64,000 nucleotides of DNA, taken from Escherichia phage phiC120. Shown piece after piece: positions 49,155-58,821 of this stretch. Positions within the stretch are counted from its first letter, which is position 1, and each line of letters starts with the position of its first letter. Location: sequence record KY703222; one strand, 5' to 3'. The notes under the pieces are model-generated. The model was not told the DNA's origin. It ran no database searches and saw only the letters and a list, made by a program, of their open reading frames with translations. A program made the translations under genes and the position numbers.

Positions 49155-49200
49155 AACGTTTTATTCATTCCACTTAATTGTTAGGAGTATAGTACCATTA

Positions 49201-49401
49201 TCAGTGTTGATTGTAAACGGCTTTTTCTACGCTTTTAACGTAATCAATGTAGTCTTCCTGTTCATACGAGTGTAAGGCCAAGAACGTGGCTAATAGTTCA
49301 TTATAGACTAAAGCCTCACGCTCACGTTCTGCCTCTACTACGTTCTGAAGATTATGGCTCATATCATTCCTTATAACTATCAATGTAGTCCTGTATGTCA
49401 A
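49201..49401 (-). CDS. hypothetical small protein (start uncertain)
   Basis: ORF overlapping the next ORF by 38 nt; an internal Met at 49362 would remove the overlap. Confidence 0.35.
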   Translation of the reverse strand: MTYRTTLIVIRNDMSHNLQNVVEAEREREALVYNELLATFLALHSYEQEDYIDYVKSVEKAVYNQH

Positions 49402-49651
49402 AGAATGACATTTCGTATTCTAGGACATTAAGAGCCCGTTCTTCAGTATAGTCAGAACCAAATACGATAGTGATTTCACCAGGCTTCATATGATTGAAAT
49501 CGACACTAAAAGGAATACGAGAACATACTTCGTCTGCCATATCGGCAACAACACTACGATATACTTTTCGGTTAACCTGATAAAGCTCTGCAAGTTCTTC
49601 ACATCGAATAACAAGTTCAGTGGCAGGATTTTCTTTGATTTTAGTAAGCAT
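49364..49651 (-). CDS. acidic protein (95 aa); possible Arn-like anti-restriction protein
   Basis: Net acidic composition; sits in the asiA-motA interval where T4 encodes Arn; no sequence motif confirmed. Confidence 0.4.
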   Translation of the reverse strand: MLTKIKENPATELVIRCEELAELYQVNRKVYRSVVADMADEVCSRIPFSVDFNHMKPGEITIVFGSDYTEERALNVLEYEMSFFDIQDYIDSYKE

Positions 49652-49725
49652 AGTCTTTACCCTTATGTTTTTGTTTACGTTTAGATTGAAGTTCTGATTT
49701 CTTCTTGTCCTTATGGACAGAAGCT

Positions 49726-49953
49726 TTATTGAAATCGTGTTTTGCTACAAGATTGTTCATAATGATTTATAACCTCATTTAAACATTTATCAGTAAAGGA
49801 AAACTTTTTAGCCACAGAACATTCGATAATGTGTTCTTTCAAATCTTTAGAGTCGGTATAACCCATCTCAGTAATAAAGTGGCGAATTAAAGCTTTATTC
49901 TTATCATTAACAGAATTAAAATAATCTGCTTTAGAATCAATTATTCTCATCAT
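49726..49953 (-). CDS. hypothetical protein (75 aa)
   Basis: ORF in the asiA-motA accessory cluster. Confidence 0.4.
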   Translation of the reverse strand: MMRIIDSKADYFNSVNDKNKALIRHFITEMGYTDSKDLKEHIIECSVAKKFSFTDKCLNEVINHYEQSCSKTRFQ

Positions 49954-50218
49954 CTAATTTCCTTAATTGATATTGCAACGAGCTAATAATTTCTTCGTTC
50001 ATTTTAATATACATGTCACGCAAGAAAGGTTTTAACCCTTCACGAATAATTGCTAATGTATCACCTTTACATAAATTAACCAAATAAGGATGATCTAAAG
50101 CGTCCCAACCAGGCTGATTAGCATACATACCATAGTTTTCTTCCATCATATGATTAAGACGTTTGATATCTTGGATACGTGATTCAATAGCATCTTTCTG
50201 GAGTTGTTTAATATTCAT
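49937..50218 (-). CDS. hypothetical protein (93 aa)
   Basis: ORF in the asiA-motA accessory cluster. Confidence 0.4.
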   Translation of the reverse strand: MNIKQLQKDAIESRIQDIKRLNHMMEENYGMYANQPGWDALDHPYLVNLCKGDTLAIIREGLKPFLRDMYIKMNEEIISSLQYQLRKLDDENN

Positions 50219-50679
50219 TAATAAAGGTCCTCTGAATAAAGTTCTTTCTCACTTCCGCCACGTTCAATACGTACCTGTCCAGCATACGTTGCAATAATCA
50301 TTGCTTCTTCACGCGTCCAGTAATTAGAATATTGGTCAATAAAGCCTTGGTCGTCACCACAAACTTGTTGCGAGACTAATTGAGGACCAACTATATCAAG
50401 TACTTCAGCCATATCTTTGGAGTAATGACGAACTCCAGGAATAACCAGAGTTCTACCACTCTTCAATTTAAACCTATTAGCTGCACATACTATAACACGT
50501 TGAACTTTTTGGTCATTGTTCCAATAGCACGTTTGCCAACAGATTTCAGGAACTTCATTCATTATATCATCAGCAGAATAATTATAACCGTAGGACTGGA
50601 ATTTTTCTGCTAGACTTTCAGGAGTCTCACGAGACAAGGCCAAATCTAATAGCTCTAAGCGTTCTTTAAATGATTTCAT
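50218..50679 (-). CDS. hypothetical protein (153 aa)
   Basis: ORF abutting neighbours. Confidence 0.45.
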   Translation of the reverse strand: MKSFKERLELLDLALSRETPESLAEKFQSYGYNYSADDIMNEVPEICWQTCYWNNDQKVQRVIVCAANRFKLKSGRTLVIPGVRHYSKDMAEVLDIVGPQLVSQQVCGDDQGFIDQYSNYWTREEAMIIATYAGQVRIERGGSEKELYSEDLY

Positions 50680-51020
50680 TTAAACCATTCCTTAATACGT
50701 TGCCAAATAGATTTTTGTGCTTGTTTATTTACACCAATCGAACGAATAACCGGTTGTGACTGCTGATATTCTTTATAATCTTCTTTATAGATTTCGTAAG
50801 CTGCATCAACAAATGAACTGATCGCTGCCATGTAGTTTTTACGTACACCGCCTGGAGCTACTCCATTAGGAAATTCAGAATTTTCGCGAATAATTAAATA
50901 TAACCCAGCTCTAACTTTAACGATAGTTCCAAGATAAGCTCCATGGTACCAAATATCCCATCCTTCCTGAGTAGGTTCTGCACATTTACGAAGTTCGTTA
51001 ATAATATTCAGCTTATTCAT
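50676..51020 (-). CDS. hypothetical protein (114 aa)
   Basis: ORF with ATGA overlap to the downstream ORF. Confidence 0.45.
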   Translation of the reverse strand: MNKLNIINELRKCAEPTQEGWDIWYHGAYLGTIVKVRAGLYLIIRENSEFPNGVAPGGVRKNYMAAISSFVDAAYEIYKEDYKEYQQSQPVIRSIGVNKQAQKSIWQRIKEWFK

Positions 51021-51030
51021 TATGTATTCC

Positions 51031-51663
51031 TCACAGTACGTTAGTTACAAGGGTAATGATTTCTTTGGACACATTAGGGAAGTCAATGTAAGTATATTTA
51101 CCACCGATCTTAATCTTAACATCATTTTCAAGAGAAGTAAACAGCTTTGATTCAGTTTCTGACATGTTGTATGCAAAGATTCTAAGAGCGCCATCTCGTC
51201 GAATTTCAATTTGGCGAATGCCTAGAACTCGTTTAGCGAATCGAACTTCTAAGTTACTACGGTTTTCACCAATTTCTTTAACTTCAACTTTATCTTTAAT
51301 ATTTTCAAAAACAAAGTTTGCTAATTCATGCATTTCAGGAGTAACTCCACGTGCTTTTCTAGTGTTACGTTTCTGAAGAAGTTCTGGAGCATTTTCTTGA
51401 GCAAATAGGTCTGCAGCTTTTTGGATAATATCCATTGCTTCGCCGGTTGCCACAAGTCCATCACCAGATTTTTCGACTAAACCTTTCTTAATCAATACAC
51501 CAATGTTAGAGTTAACAACTGATGCATTGTATTCTGCTTCCAGAGCTTCACGGACATTGGCAGCAGTGGTGAAGTTGTTCTTAATGATATAAACCATTAT
51601 TGCCGCAGTTTTTTCATTCAGAGCGTTTTCAGAAGCTTTGATGATGTAAGTAACTTTAGACAT
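51031..51663 (-). CDS. motA: MotA middle-transcription activator
   Basis: 210 aa (T4 MotA is 211 aa); N-terminus MSKVTYIIKAS... close to remembered T4 MotA; preceded by early promoter. Confidence 0.85.
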   Translation of the reverse strand: MSKVTYIIKASENALNEKTAAIMVYIIKNNFTTAANVREALEAEYNASVVNSNIGVLIKKGLVEKSGDGLVATGEAMDIIQKAADLFAQENAPELLQKRNTRKARGVTPEMHELANFVFENIKDKVEVKEIGENRSNLEVRFAKRVLGIRQIEIRRDGALRIFAYNMSETESKLFTSLENDVKIKIGGKYTYIDFPNVSKEIITLVTNVL

Positions 51664-51701
51664 TTTATTTCTCCAATTTGGTTGTTTTGTTTTGATAGGT
51701 C

Positions 51702-51731
51702 TATAATATCACGTTTGAAGCACATGTAAAC
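51702..51731 (-). promoter_or_regulatory. early promoter (GTTTAC -35, TATTAT -10) for motA
   Basis: Minus strand GTTTAC-N17-TATTAT followed by RBS GGAG and the motA ATG. Confidence 0.5.
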
Positions 51732-51760
51732 TGTTTTGTGAGAAAAAAAAAATGCACAAA

Positions 51761-51776
51761 GGGAGCCGAAGCTCCC
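51761..51776 (-). terminator. hairpin GGGAGCCGAAGCTCCC with long T-run, between gene 52 and motA
   Basis: Perfect stem-loop followed on minus strand by TTTGTGCATTTTTTTTTT. Confidence 0.6.
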
Positions 51777-51852
51777 TAATCGTGATTGTCCAACCAATAC
51801 AGCCAAATCACTAGTGCGGCTATTGCACCGAGAAATCCTAAGGCTAGGGCAC

Positions 51853-53178
51853 TCAAAGTGCCTCCAAGTCTTTAGTGTACTCTGTCACAACATCAGTAGA
51901 CTTCCAATACTCATTTTCTTCTTTCTTAGCTTTAGCTTCTTCTGCTAGTTTACGTGCTTCATCGGAAGTGATATGGAAGATGTTAAGACCTACCAGTTTA
52001 TCGACATGTTCTTTATACATTTCGATTTGTGCTAGCTCTTCAGTCAAAGCTTTACGAGTCTTGCCCTGAATCACAATTTCACCACTGATAACTTTTTTGA
52101 TGAAGTGTGCCTTAGCAAAAGCCAGTTTAAATGCTTTTTCAGATTCAAGGATTTTGTTGTCAATACGTTTCTGAACGTAAGTCTTACGGACTTCAACAAA
52201 ATCTTTGATTAAGTCTACTACATTATCGTAGACCGCTAATTTACCTTTTTCATTAATCACTGTGATGTTTTGTGAACGACGTTCGATGAGACTAAAATCT
52301 TTCATGATTTTTTCATGACGTAGCTCTTCATTATCAGGAAGCGAGTACTCTTTACGGAACTTCACCTTAAACCCAAAGCCGTGTTCACCACAATCATCTT
52401 CCCATGAGATTAGACCTTTGTCTTCCAACGGGTCAAGAACCTTACTCACATACGTTTCACGGTCGAATTTATATGGGATTTCAGTTATCTGCATTTGAGT
52501 ACGAGATGTGAACTTATATGTTCCATGAATCTCATATCGCCCATCAACTTCATGCACTTCACCACGGAATTCCGGGAATTCAACTTTTGGCTTAGTGACA
52601 TTTTTACCTTGAAGAGCTTGTAATACAGCCTTTTTGACTGATTTAAAACTATGAGGCAGAATATTTGTTGCGTAACCGGTTGCAATACCAGAGACACCAT
52701 TCAAAAGAACTGTCGGAATAATAGGAAGATAGAATTTTGGTGGAACGTGTTCTTTATCTTCATGAGCTGGAGCATATTCAGTATCTTTATAGACATTATA
52801 GAAATTTTTACTTACACGAGCAAAAATATAACGAGATGCTGCAGCTTTTTGGACTGTTCTAGAACCAAAGTTGCCTTGGCCATCTAACAGTGGATAGTTG
52901 TTGTTCCATGTGTTAGCCATCAATGCACCTGCATCTTGTGCAGAAGATTCACCATGGTGATAACCTAAATCTGCAACACCACCCGCAATTGACGCAAGTT
53001 TATGAAATTTTTCTTTATTACCACGAGCCAAATCTAATGCACGATGAACCACAAAACGTTGAACCGGCTTAAATCCATCAATCATATTTGGGATTGCACG
53101 GTTTTCAACGGTGTACATCGCGTATGCTAAGGCTTCGTTATCAATAATACTTTTTAGATTACGAGAATTCAATTGCAT
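51853..53178 (-). CDS. 52: gp52 DNA topoisomerase II medium subunit (GyrA-like cleavage subunit)
   Basis: 441 aa (T4 gp52 is 442 aa); GyrA-like N-terminus NEALAYAMYTVENRAIPNMIDGFKPVQRF. Confidence 0.95.
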   Translation of the reverse strand: MQLNSRNLKSIIDNEALAYAMYTVENRAIPNMIDGFKPVQRFVVHRALDLARGNKEKFHKLASIAGGVADLGYHHGESSAQDAGALMANTWNNNYPLLDGQGNFGSRTVQKAAASRYIFARVSKNFYNVYKDTEYAPAHEDKEHVPPKFYLPIIPTVLLNGVSGIATGYATNILPHSFKSVKKAVLQALQGKNVTKPKVEFPEFRGEVHEVDGRYEIHGTYKFTSRTQMQITEIPYKFDRETYVSKVLDPLEDKGLISWEDDCGEHGFGFKVKFRKEYSLPDNEELRHEKIMKDFSLIERRSQNITVINEKGKLAVYDNVVDLIKDFVEVRKTYVQKRIDNKILESEKAFKLAFAKAHFIKKVISGEIVIQGKTRKALTEELAQIEMYKEHVDKLVGLNIFHITSDEARKLAEEAKAKKEENEYWKSTDVVTEYTKDLEAL

Positions 53179-53182
53179 ATTT

Positions 53183-53323
53183 TCACCATATTAATGAACG
53201 AATAATCATTATAACATCTGAAATGAAAAGCACTACTTGGATTAGTCCAAACATCACACCGTAGTACAGAACCGTAAGCAACAACAAGAGCCCGAAGGCT
53301 CCTGCTAAGATGTTCTTAATCAT
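53183..53323 (-). CDS. small hydrophobic membrane peptide (46 aa)
   Basis: Hand-translated MIKNILAGAFGLLLLLTVLYYGVMFGLIQVVLFISDVIMIIRSLIW; TAATG overlap with upstream small ORF; below the 60-aa cutoff. Confidence 0.4.
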   Translation of the reverse strand: MIKNILAGAFGLLLLLTVLYYGVMFGLIQVVLFISDVIMIIRSLIW

Positions 53324-53469
53324 TACTCGCCTTTTAACACGTTAATAAGAGCTAAGACCGCTAAGGTACCTTGTGATACTGCCTGTTGAAATACTGTTGT
53401 TTCGCCCGTAACTAAAGTGTTAACGAATAAAAACGACCAACACAGCAATGCAATAATCCATGCTACCAT
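53323..53469 (-). CDS. small membrane peptide (48 aa)
   Basis: Hand-translated MVAWIIALLCWSFLFVNTLVTGETTVFQQAVSQGTLAVLALINVLKGE; RBS AGGTAATTAAAATG; below the 60-aa cutoff. Confidence 0.4.
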   Translation of the reverse strand: MVAWIIALLCWSFLFVNTLVTGETTVFQQAVSQGTLAVLALINVLKGE

Positions 53470-53521
53470 TTTAATTACCTCAAAAATAAATTAAAGGCCT
53501 AACTTAATAGGTCCGTATAAA

Positions 53522-53968
53522 TTAGTAACTCTGCAGAATGAATTTGAAATTATCAGCCAGAAGACGGTTCATTTCAGTGAGTGTTTGATATTCTGACGTA
53601 TGGTTGCGAGTGAATGCCAGAGCCAATTGACCTTTACCATAACCAGTAGTCAGTGGTTTCATGTTCTTAGCTGCAACAAAGATTACATCATATTCAATAT
53701 TGTTAGTGGCCATGGTACGAGCTAGTTGTGAACGGCCTTGACGAATGTGAGAAAGAATTGCATCTAACCCTTGTTTAGAACGTTGACGTCCTACAAAGAA
53801 TCGTGCTGCTACTTGACGCCAGTCAGATGAACCTTTAACGAAGAAGTAAAAACCTTCACGAGAACGAAACTCTTTAGAAACTTCAGAACCGTATTCGCCA
53901 TTACGAACTACTGCAACAACTTCACCACCGACTGCCAGAAGGTCTTTACGAGTTAAATATTTGGTCAT
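53522..53968 (-). CDS. ndd: Ndd nucleoid-disruption protein
   Basis: 148 aa; ...[31 protein letters not shown]...[22 protein letters not shown]...[12 protein letters not shown] matches remembered T4 Ndd pattern. Confidence 0.75.
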   Translation of the reverse strand: MTKYLTRKDLLAVGGEVVAVVRNGEYGSEVSKEFRSREGFYFFVKGSSDWRQVAARFFVGRQRSKQGLDAILSHIRQGRSQLARTMATNNIEYDVIFVAAKNMKPLTTGYGKGQLALAFTRNHTSEYQTLTEMNRLLADNFKFILQSY

Positions 53969-54005
53969 GCTAATTTCCTCAATTGATTAATGTTTTTGTA
54001 ATCCA

Positions 54006-54040
54006 TGAGAGCATTATACTCTGCTCTCAAGAGTTTGTAC
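54006..54040 (-). promoter_or_regulatory. early promoter-like element with TATAAT inside 8-bp inverted repeat TGAGAGCA/TGCTCTCA, upstream of ndd
   Basis: Core AGCAGAGTATAATGCT is the same as at 25719; followed by RBS GAGGAAA and the ndd ATG. Confidence 0.5.
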
Positions 54041-54044
54041 AATT

Positions 54045-54245
54045 TTATTCGGCCATATCAGAACGTTCAAAAAGCTCTTCAACAGTTAAACATTCAGTGT
54101 CATCCTCGATAAAGAATCGGGTCCAACACGTTGGGGCGATGCAGTTATGAGTTTGTCCAGCTATAGAAGCTACACGAATAAGCTGCTGTCCATTATTCAG
54201 GACAAATTTTTCACCAATTTCAACATCTTTAAAAAGCTTAGCCAT
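54045..54245 (-). CDS. hypothetical protein (66 aa)
   Basis: ORF preceded by early-type promoter. Confidence 0.4.
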   Translation of the reverse strand: MAKLFKDVEIGEKFVLNNGQQLIRVASIAGQTHNCIAPTCWTRFFIEDDTECLTVEELFERSDMAE

Positions 54246-54259
54246 TTTGTGTTCCTCAT

Positions 54260-54300
54260 GTTTAAGTAGGACTACTATACCATAATCCTACTGTGTTGTA
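54260..54300 (-). promoter_or_regulatory. early-type promoter (GTTTAC -35, TATAGT -10)
   Basis: Minus strand GTTTACAACACAGTAGGATTATGGTATAGTAGTCC; near-identical to the element at 54775. Confidence 0.5.
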
Positions 54301-54495
54301 AACAATTAAATTACATTAAGATATGTTAAAGCCAACCATGTTCCAGTGAACGAGCATGCAATGTAAAAAACCGTATCACAAAATGTTCTTAGTACAATAA
54401 GAAGTGCATTTTTCATAAGTACCTCAACACAATTGAAAATATTATACAAATCATTGGGATACTAAGCAACCATATTCCTATCCACATTTTAGAGC

Positions 54496-54759
54496 TCATA
54501 TCTCAACTTCCGTGAGTTCCATATATCCTTTGTTGATAACCTCTTTAAGGTCTTTAGAAAGAATAACACCAAAATGGTCATTCATATGTCCATTAACTAA
54601 ACGAGTTATTTCGGCTTCGGATGACATATAAGGCACGTCTGAGTCCCAATGAGATAGACCTAAATGAGTATAAATCATCCCTTCGTCATCTGCAGTGTTG
54701 TACATTGAAACAAACTCACCAGTCACTTTATGTTTTGCGTAGAAAAATTTAAATTTCAT
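54496..54759 (-). CDS. hypothetical protein (87 aa)
   Basis: ORF preceded by early-type promoter and RBS. Confidence 0.4.
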   Translation of the reverse strand: MKFKFFYAKHKVTGEFVSMYNTADDEGMIYTHLGLSHWDSDVPYMSSEAEITRLVNGHMNDHFGVILSKDLKEVINKGYMELTEVEI

Positions 54760-54774
54760 GATGTTATCCTCTTT

Positions 54775-54815
54775 TAGATAGGACTACTATATCATAGTCC
54801 TACTTAGTTGTAAAC
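54775..54815 (-). promoter_or_regulatory. early-type promoter (GTTTAC -35, TATAGT -10)
   Basis: Minus strand GTTTACAACTAAGTAGGACTATGATATAGTAGTCC. Confidence 0.5.
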
Positions 54816-54828
54816 ACTTTTTATGGAA

Positions 54829-55449
54829 TTAAAGATGAAGATACCACCCGTTGTAGTTGCTCTTACGAACGATTTTCTTTAGGTCTTCATGGTCTCCCAC
54901 GAACTTTATAGAATAAGAGAAGACGTCAGGTGAGGTTTCTTTGACATTCAATATAATAATACAGTCTGCAACTCGATGATTCAGGAAGGGCCCTATGTTG
55001 ATTCCGTTGCCACCCGGATAATCACCACTGTATCCTGTGGTAACAGAAATCCATTTAGAATCCATCTGATGTGTCTTGACTTCTACACGAATTCCACAAT
55101 ATTTAGGATGGGCTAACACGTCCCATGCATACGTGTACGGGTCTTCTACGTCTTCATTACCTTTATTAACATATCCGTCTAGCCAATTTGCTACTACATA
55201 CTCTGCAAAGACTGCAACCTTACAACGTCGAACTACATCTTCTTTGTTTTGGTCTGGATTTTGGCTCAATGAATATCGAGCAGTGTCAGCAATCTTCACT
55301 TTCATTTCACTAGTCAAAAACTCATTCGACAGGATAAATGTCGGAAGATTCTTCAGTCTCAACAGTCCCAAGTTCGTCTTTACCATAGATACCTCTGATG
55401 TGTAGTTCGCCAAAATAAATGCGGTCTCCTTCTTCAAGATAGTTAGCAT
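54829..55449 (-). CDS. hypothetical protein, possibly DenB-like (start uncertain)
   Basis: 206-aa ORF near rIIB where T4 encodes endonuclease IV (denB); overlaps ORF 55322..55609 by 128 nt, so one start is wrong; no catalytic motif confirmed. Confidence 0.4.
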   Translation of the reverse strand: MLTILKKETAFILANYTSEVSMVKTNLGLLRLKNLPTFILSNEFLTSEMKVKIADTARYSLSQNPDQNKEDVVRRCKVAVFAEYVVANWLDGYVNKGNEDVEDPYTYAWDVLAHPKYCGIRVEVKTHQMDSKWISVTTGYSGDYPGGNGINIGPFLNHRVADCIIILNVKETSPDVFSYSIKFVGDHEDLKKIVRKSNYNGWYLHL

Positions 55450-55609
55450 CTACCGGTGGGATTTCAATAACAACTTCGTCGCATTCTAACCAGCCATAGT
55501 GTGCATCACCAGGATGTTTTACCAATTTAGCACAATAAACTGATTTACACTTATGATGACCACGAAGATTAGCAATTTTGGATTCTGATACGTCAAATGG
55601 ATGAATCAT
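55322..55609 (-). CDS. hypothetical protein (95 aa), conflicting with 54829..55449
   Basis: ORF directly downstream of rIIB; Cys/His-containing. Confidence 0.3.
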   Translation of the reverse strand: MIHPFDVSESKIANLRGHHKCKSVYCAKLVKHPGDAHYGWLECDEVVIEIPPVDANYLEEGDRIYFGELHIRGIYGKDELGTVETEESSDIYPVE

Positions 55610-55629
55610 AATTACCCCTAAAGAAAAAA

Positions 55630-55645
55630 GGGGACCGAAGTCCCC
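55630..55645 (-). terminator. hairpin GGGGACCGAAGTCCCC with T-run after rIIB
   Basis: Perfect stem-loop followed on minus strand by TTTTTTCTT. Confidence 0.6.
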
Positions 55646-55650
55646 AATTA

Positions 55651-56586
55651 TTATTCTGCAAATAATTCAGTAACGTCTGAAATTACTTCATAACGACAAG
55701 TACGCATCTTAGCATCACCATAGTCAACTGGGATGGATACAACATCACGTGGATGAACTTTAACCTTAACAACTTTATCTGAGCTAGAACCAAAGTAACG
55801 AATATATGATTTAGCGCAAACATGTAGACCGCGGGAGCAGGTTTGTGTATCATCATCGTTAACACGAGTACGAGGCATTGAAACAACTTTACCTGGTGAG
55901 TTATCAAATGTACCGCTATAACAATCTAAATAGTCTTTACGAACTACTTTCCACGCATAGAAATACCCATCTTCAGTGATTTCAATATCATTTGCAACCA
56001 AGAAGTCGAATAAACGTTGTACAGCTTTTTCGCTTGGGTTTTCTAACAGGTTTTCAAGGAATGGCAGATAGAATTTAAAGTCTTCGCCTTTTTCCATGGA
56101 ATCAATAATACGATTAACCAGTCCTGAACGAATTTCTATACCTTGATAAAATAAACTACCGCCTTCAATAGTAACATTACCATCAACAAACTTAGTAATA
56201 GCTTTCTTGATGTTAATAAGTTCGACAGCTTTACTAAGGTTTCCTGCGACCAGATTAGCTTTAATTTCTTCAAAATTTGCATGACTTGATGGGGTCGCAT
56301 TGTATGCTACGCGTCCTTCAATGATTGAAATAAATTTAGATGACGCGTTCCATATGATTTCTGGACGATGTCCGCCGATAATAGGTTCATCATTTTCTGG
56401 GACCTGTTCTTCGTCTTCAAATTCAGCTGCTTTCTCTTCAGCTTTAAAATTCTTAACAATCTTACGAAGAGTGTCGGTGGAAATATTGAAGTAATCAGCA
56501 ATTTCCTGACGGGTCCATTGGCCTGATTTAACCAGTCCGTAAGCTTCTAACTGTTCTTCTTGGGACAAGCATTTAATATTGTACAT
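55651..56586 (-). CDS. rIIB: RIIB
   Basis: 311 aa (T4 rIIB is 312 aa); immediately downstream of rIIA. Confidence 0.85.
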   Translation of the reverse strand: MYNIKCLSQEEQLEAYGLVKSGQWTRQEIADYFNISTDTLRKIVKNFKAEEKAAEFEDEEQVPENDEPIIGGHRPEIIWNASSKFISIIEGRVAYNATPSSHANFEEIKANLVAGNLSKAVELINIKKAITKFVDGNVTIEGGSLFYQGIEIRSGLVNRIIDSMEKGEDFKFYLPFLENLLENPSEKAVQRLFDFLVANDIEITEDGYFYAWKVVRKDYLDCYSGTFDNSPGKVVSMPRTRVNDDDTQTCSRGLHVCAKSYIRYFGSSSDKVVKVKVHPRDVVSIPVDYGDAKMRTCRYEVISDVTELFAE

Positions 56587-56595
56587 AATGTTTCC

Positions 56596-58809
56596 TTATT
56601 TGGCCGCTTCCACGGCCTTCATGAATTTAACGATTTGAGCGACCTGTTCTTTGGAAAGAGTACCACGTCGTCCCATGTAGTCTGACACAATATGATAATT
56701 GGTTTCGAATTCAATAACCATTTTATCATCATTATCGTAAGCATTATCTTTAAGCTTATCGAAAATTTTAGCACACAATTCTAACTTCTTATTCAGTTCT
56801 CTGTTAGTAGCACCTGAGAATCGATTCCATCCCCAACGATTATTTACTGTTGAGAGTTTTGCAAAATCTTTACTGATTTCTTTGTTCTTAGAGCTAAAAT
56901 ACTTACTAAGGAAGTTAAGCTCTTCATTACGAGTAATATGATTCAAATAAGGTTGAGCTCTACGACTTGGTGATACATACTCATCATAATCCACTTTATC
57001 GATTAGCGTAATATAGTCATTAATTGATTTTTCGAACAAGCATTCTACTTCACCAAGTTTACGAACTTTCTTAGCAATCTGCGGACGAACTACAGTGAAC
57101 TCTTTAATACCTGACAAATCAGCAATACGGGTCAAGAAATTGGAGTCATAGTTCAACCAACCTTTATCTGCGTCAAGACATTCAGCATTAGAACGATTAC
57201 GAACTATAGCATAACCTTGGATTTCATCTGCTTCACTTGCCGGAATAAAGAGGTCTTCTGATACCCAAACATCGTTTTCATTCTTAAAGAATCGATGAGC
57301 ACTTGGCGATTTAGGACGAGGCTCATTAGTCCGTTTCCTGACTTCAATCCATGGCTTAACGATTTGTAAAAGCTCTGAAGTCTTGTACATGTTAATGTTG
57401 TCGCCATCAAAGATAACTTTAAGGCGTTCCAGAAGTTTCATTGCATCTTCGTCTGTAGGGTCAACGAATATTACGCTTTTACCAAAACCGCGCGGAACTT
57501 TACCAGTTAATTTAACCTCGTCTTTAGACATTTCAATTGAATTAAGAGCTCGCATTAATGGAACGCGTCCCTTAACGTCGTCAATAACAATTTCAACGTT
57601 TTTAATGTTAATGCCAATCAGACTGTTAATTGAAATGGTTGCCGTTGAGCTACCGCTTTCACGAATACGGCGAAGACGAGTGGATTCAACGATATCGTAT
57701 ACTACGCCAAGATTACACCACTCAGGCCCCATTTTAAAACGTTTGTACAACTCAGAATAAGTTAGTTGTTCTTTGGAGTATTTCAGTGATTCAATATTAG
57801 ACCCAGCCTTTTCCATGTATTTACGAGCGGTATAGCCAAGAGAATCAATTTCACGGAACACATGACGTGGGTATTTACAATCAATCCATTTCTTAGAATC
57901 TTCAGCGAACAATTTAGCATCTATTTCTGCAACGCGTTTATGGATATTTGCTACTGTACGTTTATCAAACGACAATGCTTCACGAGACGGGGCTACATCT
58001 AGTTCACCCATAGGGAATTTAATATAAGCTGTAGTGCATCGTGTCATCATCCATGTTTGTTCTTTAATAACACTTCCGATTGGATATACAATACCGCCAT
58101 AAACAGCCATGATATTACCACGTTCACCCCATGGAGCTTCCTTGGCCAAATATACATCGTCAAATTCAGGGAAGTATTTAATATCTTTAACACCACGAAC
58201 TTCTGCAATATCACCTAGAGGACGCATAACATATGCAATTTCGGATGCAAACTTTTCAAAATCTTCCGGGTTAACCGGTACAACTACTTCTACACCCGTA
58301 CGGTCGTCAGGACCCATCTTATCTACAAATGTCGGCTTAATTTGTGGACCTGTGTCATCTTGGTAGATTACGTAACCACGAACTTCACCGTTGTGATAAG
58401 ACGTAAGGTTAAACGTATCAGTATATGCTAATGGAGCTTTAGAACCGAGTCCGAATCCACCGATGAAATCGTTACTCGATGTTTTAGTTGAAGCAAAATA
58501 TGAGTTATAGATTCCTGGCTCTTCGTCATTACCTCGAATGGTGAAATCACTCATACCAGGACCAAAGTCTCGAACTACAAAACGTGGGTCTAAACGACCT
58601 GGAGCCTGAACAATAAACTTATCAGTGCAACCATTAAGAATTTGTCCATCGATACAGTTTGTAATTAATTCACGTACACAAGCCAATTCTTTGTTTGTAT
58701 AAAGGTCATTAGACAAAATCTTATAAACTTTGCTATTGCCTTGAATAGTGAATGCTGTGCTCTTACCACCTGAACCAATAATCGTTTCTTTAGCCGTTTC
58801 AATAATCAT
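56596..58809 (-). CDS. rIIA: RIIA (membrane-associated, GHKL-like ATPase N-terminal region)
   Basis: 737 aa (T4 rIIA about 725 aa); N-terminal ELITNCIDG / GxGxS-like ATPase motifs; order rIIA-rIIB. Confidence 0.9.
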   Translation of the reverse strand: MIIETAKETIIGSGGKSTAFTIQGNSKVYKILSNDLYTNKELACVRELITNCIDGQILNGCTDKFIVQAPGRLDPRFVVRDFGPGMSDFTIRGNDEEPGIYNSYFASTKTSSNDFIGGFGLGSKAPLAYTDTFNLTSYHNGEVRGYVIYQDDTGPQIKPTFVDKMGPDDRTGVEVVVPVNPEDFEKFASEIAYVMRPLGDIAEVRGVKDIKYFPEFDDVYLAKEAPWGERGNIMAVYGGIVYPIGSVIKEQTWMMTRCTTAYIKFPMGELDVAPSREALSFDKRTVANIHKRVAEIDAKLFAEDSKKWIDCKYPRHVFREIDSLGYTARKYMEKAGSNIESLKYSKEQLTYSELYKRFKMGPEWCNLGVVYDIVESTRLRRIRESGSSTATISINSLIGINIKNVEIVIDDVKGRVPLMRALNSIEMSKDEVKLTGKVPRGFGKSVIFVDPTDEDAMKLLERLKVIFDGDNINMYKTSELLQIVKPWIEVRKRTNEPRPKSPSAHRFFKNENDVWVSEDLFIPASEADEIQGYAIVRNRSNAECLDADKGWLNYDSNFLTRIADLSGIKEFTVVRPQIAKKVRKLGEVECLFEKSINDYITLIDKVDYDEYVSPSRRAQPYLNHITRNEELNFLSKYFSSKNKEISKDFAKLSTVNNRWGWNRFSGATNRELNKKLELCAKIFDKLKDNAYDNDDKMVIEFETNYHIVSDYMGRRGTLSKEQVAQIVKFMKAVEAAK

Positions 58810-58821
58810 ATTTTTCTCTCA

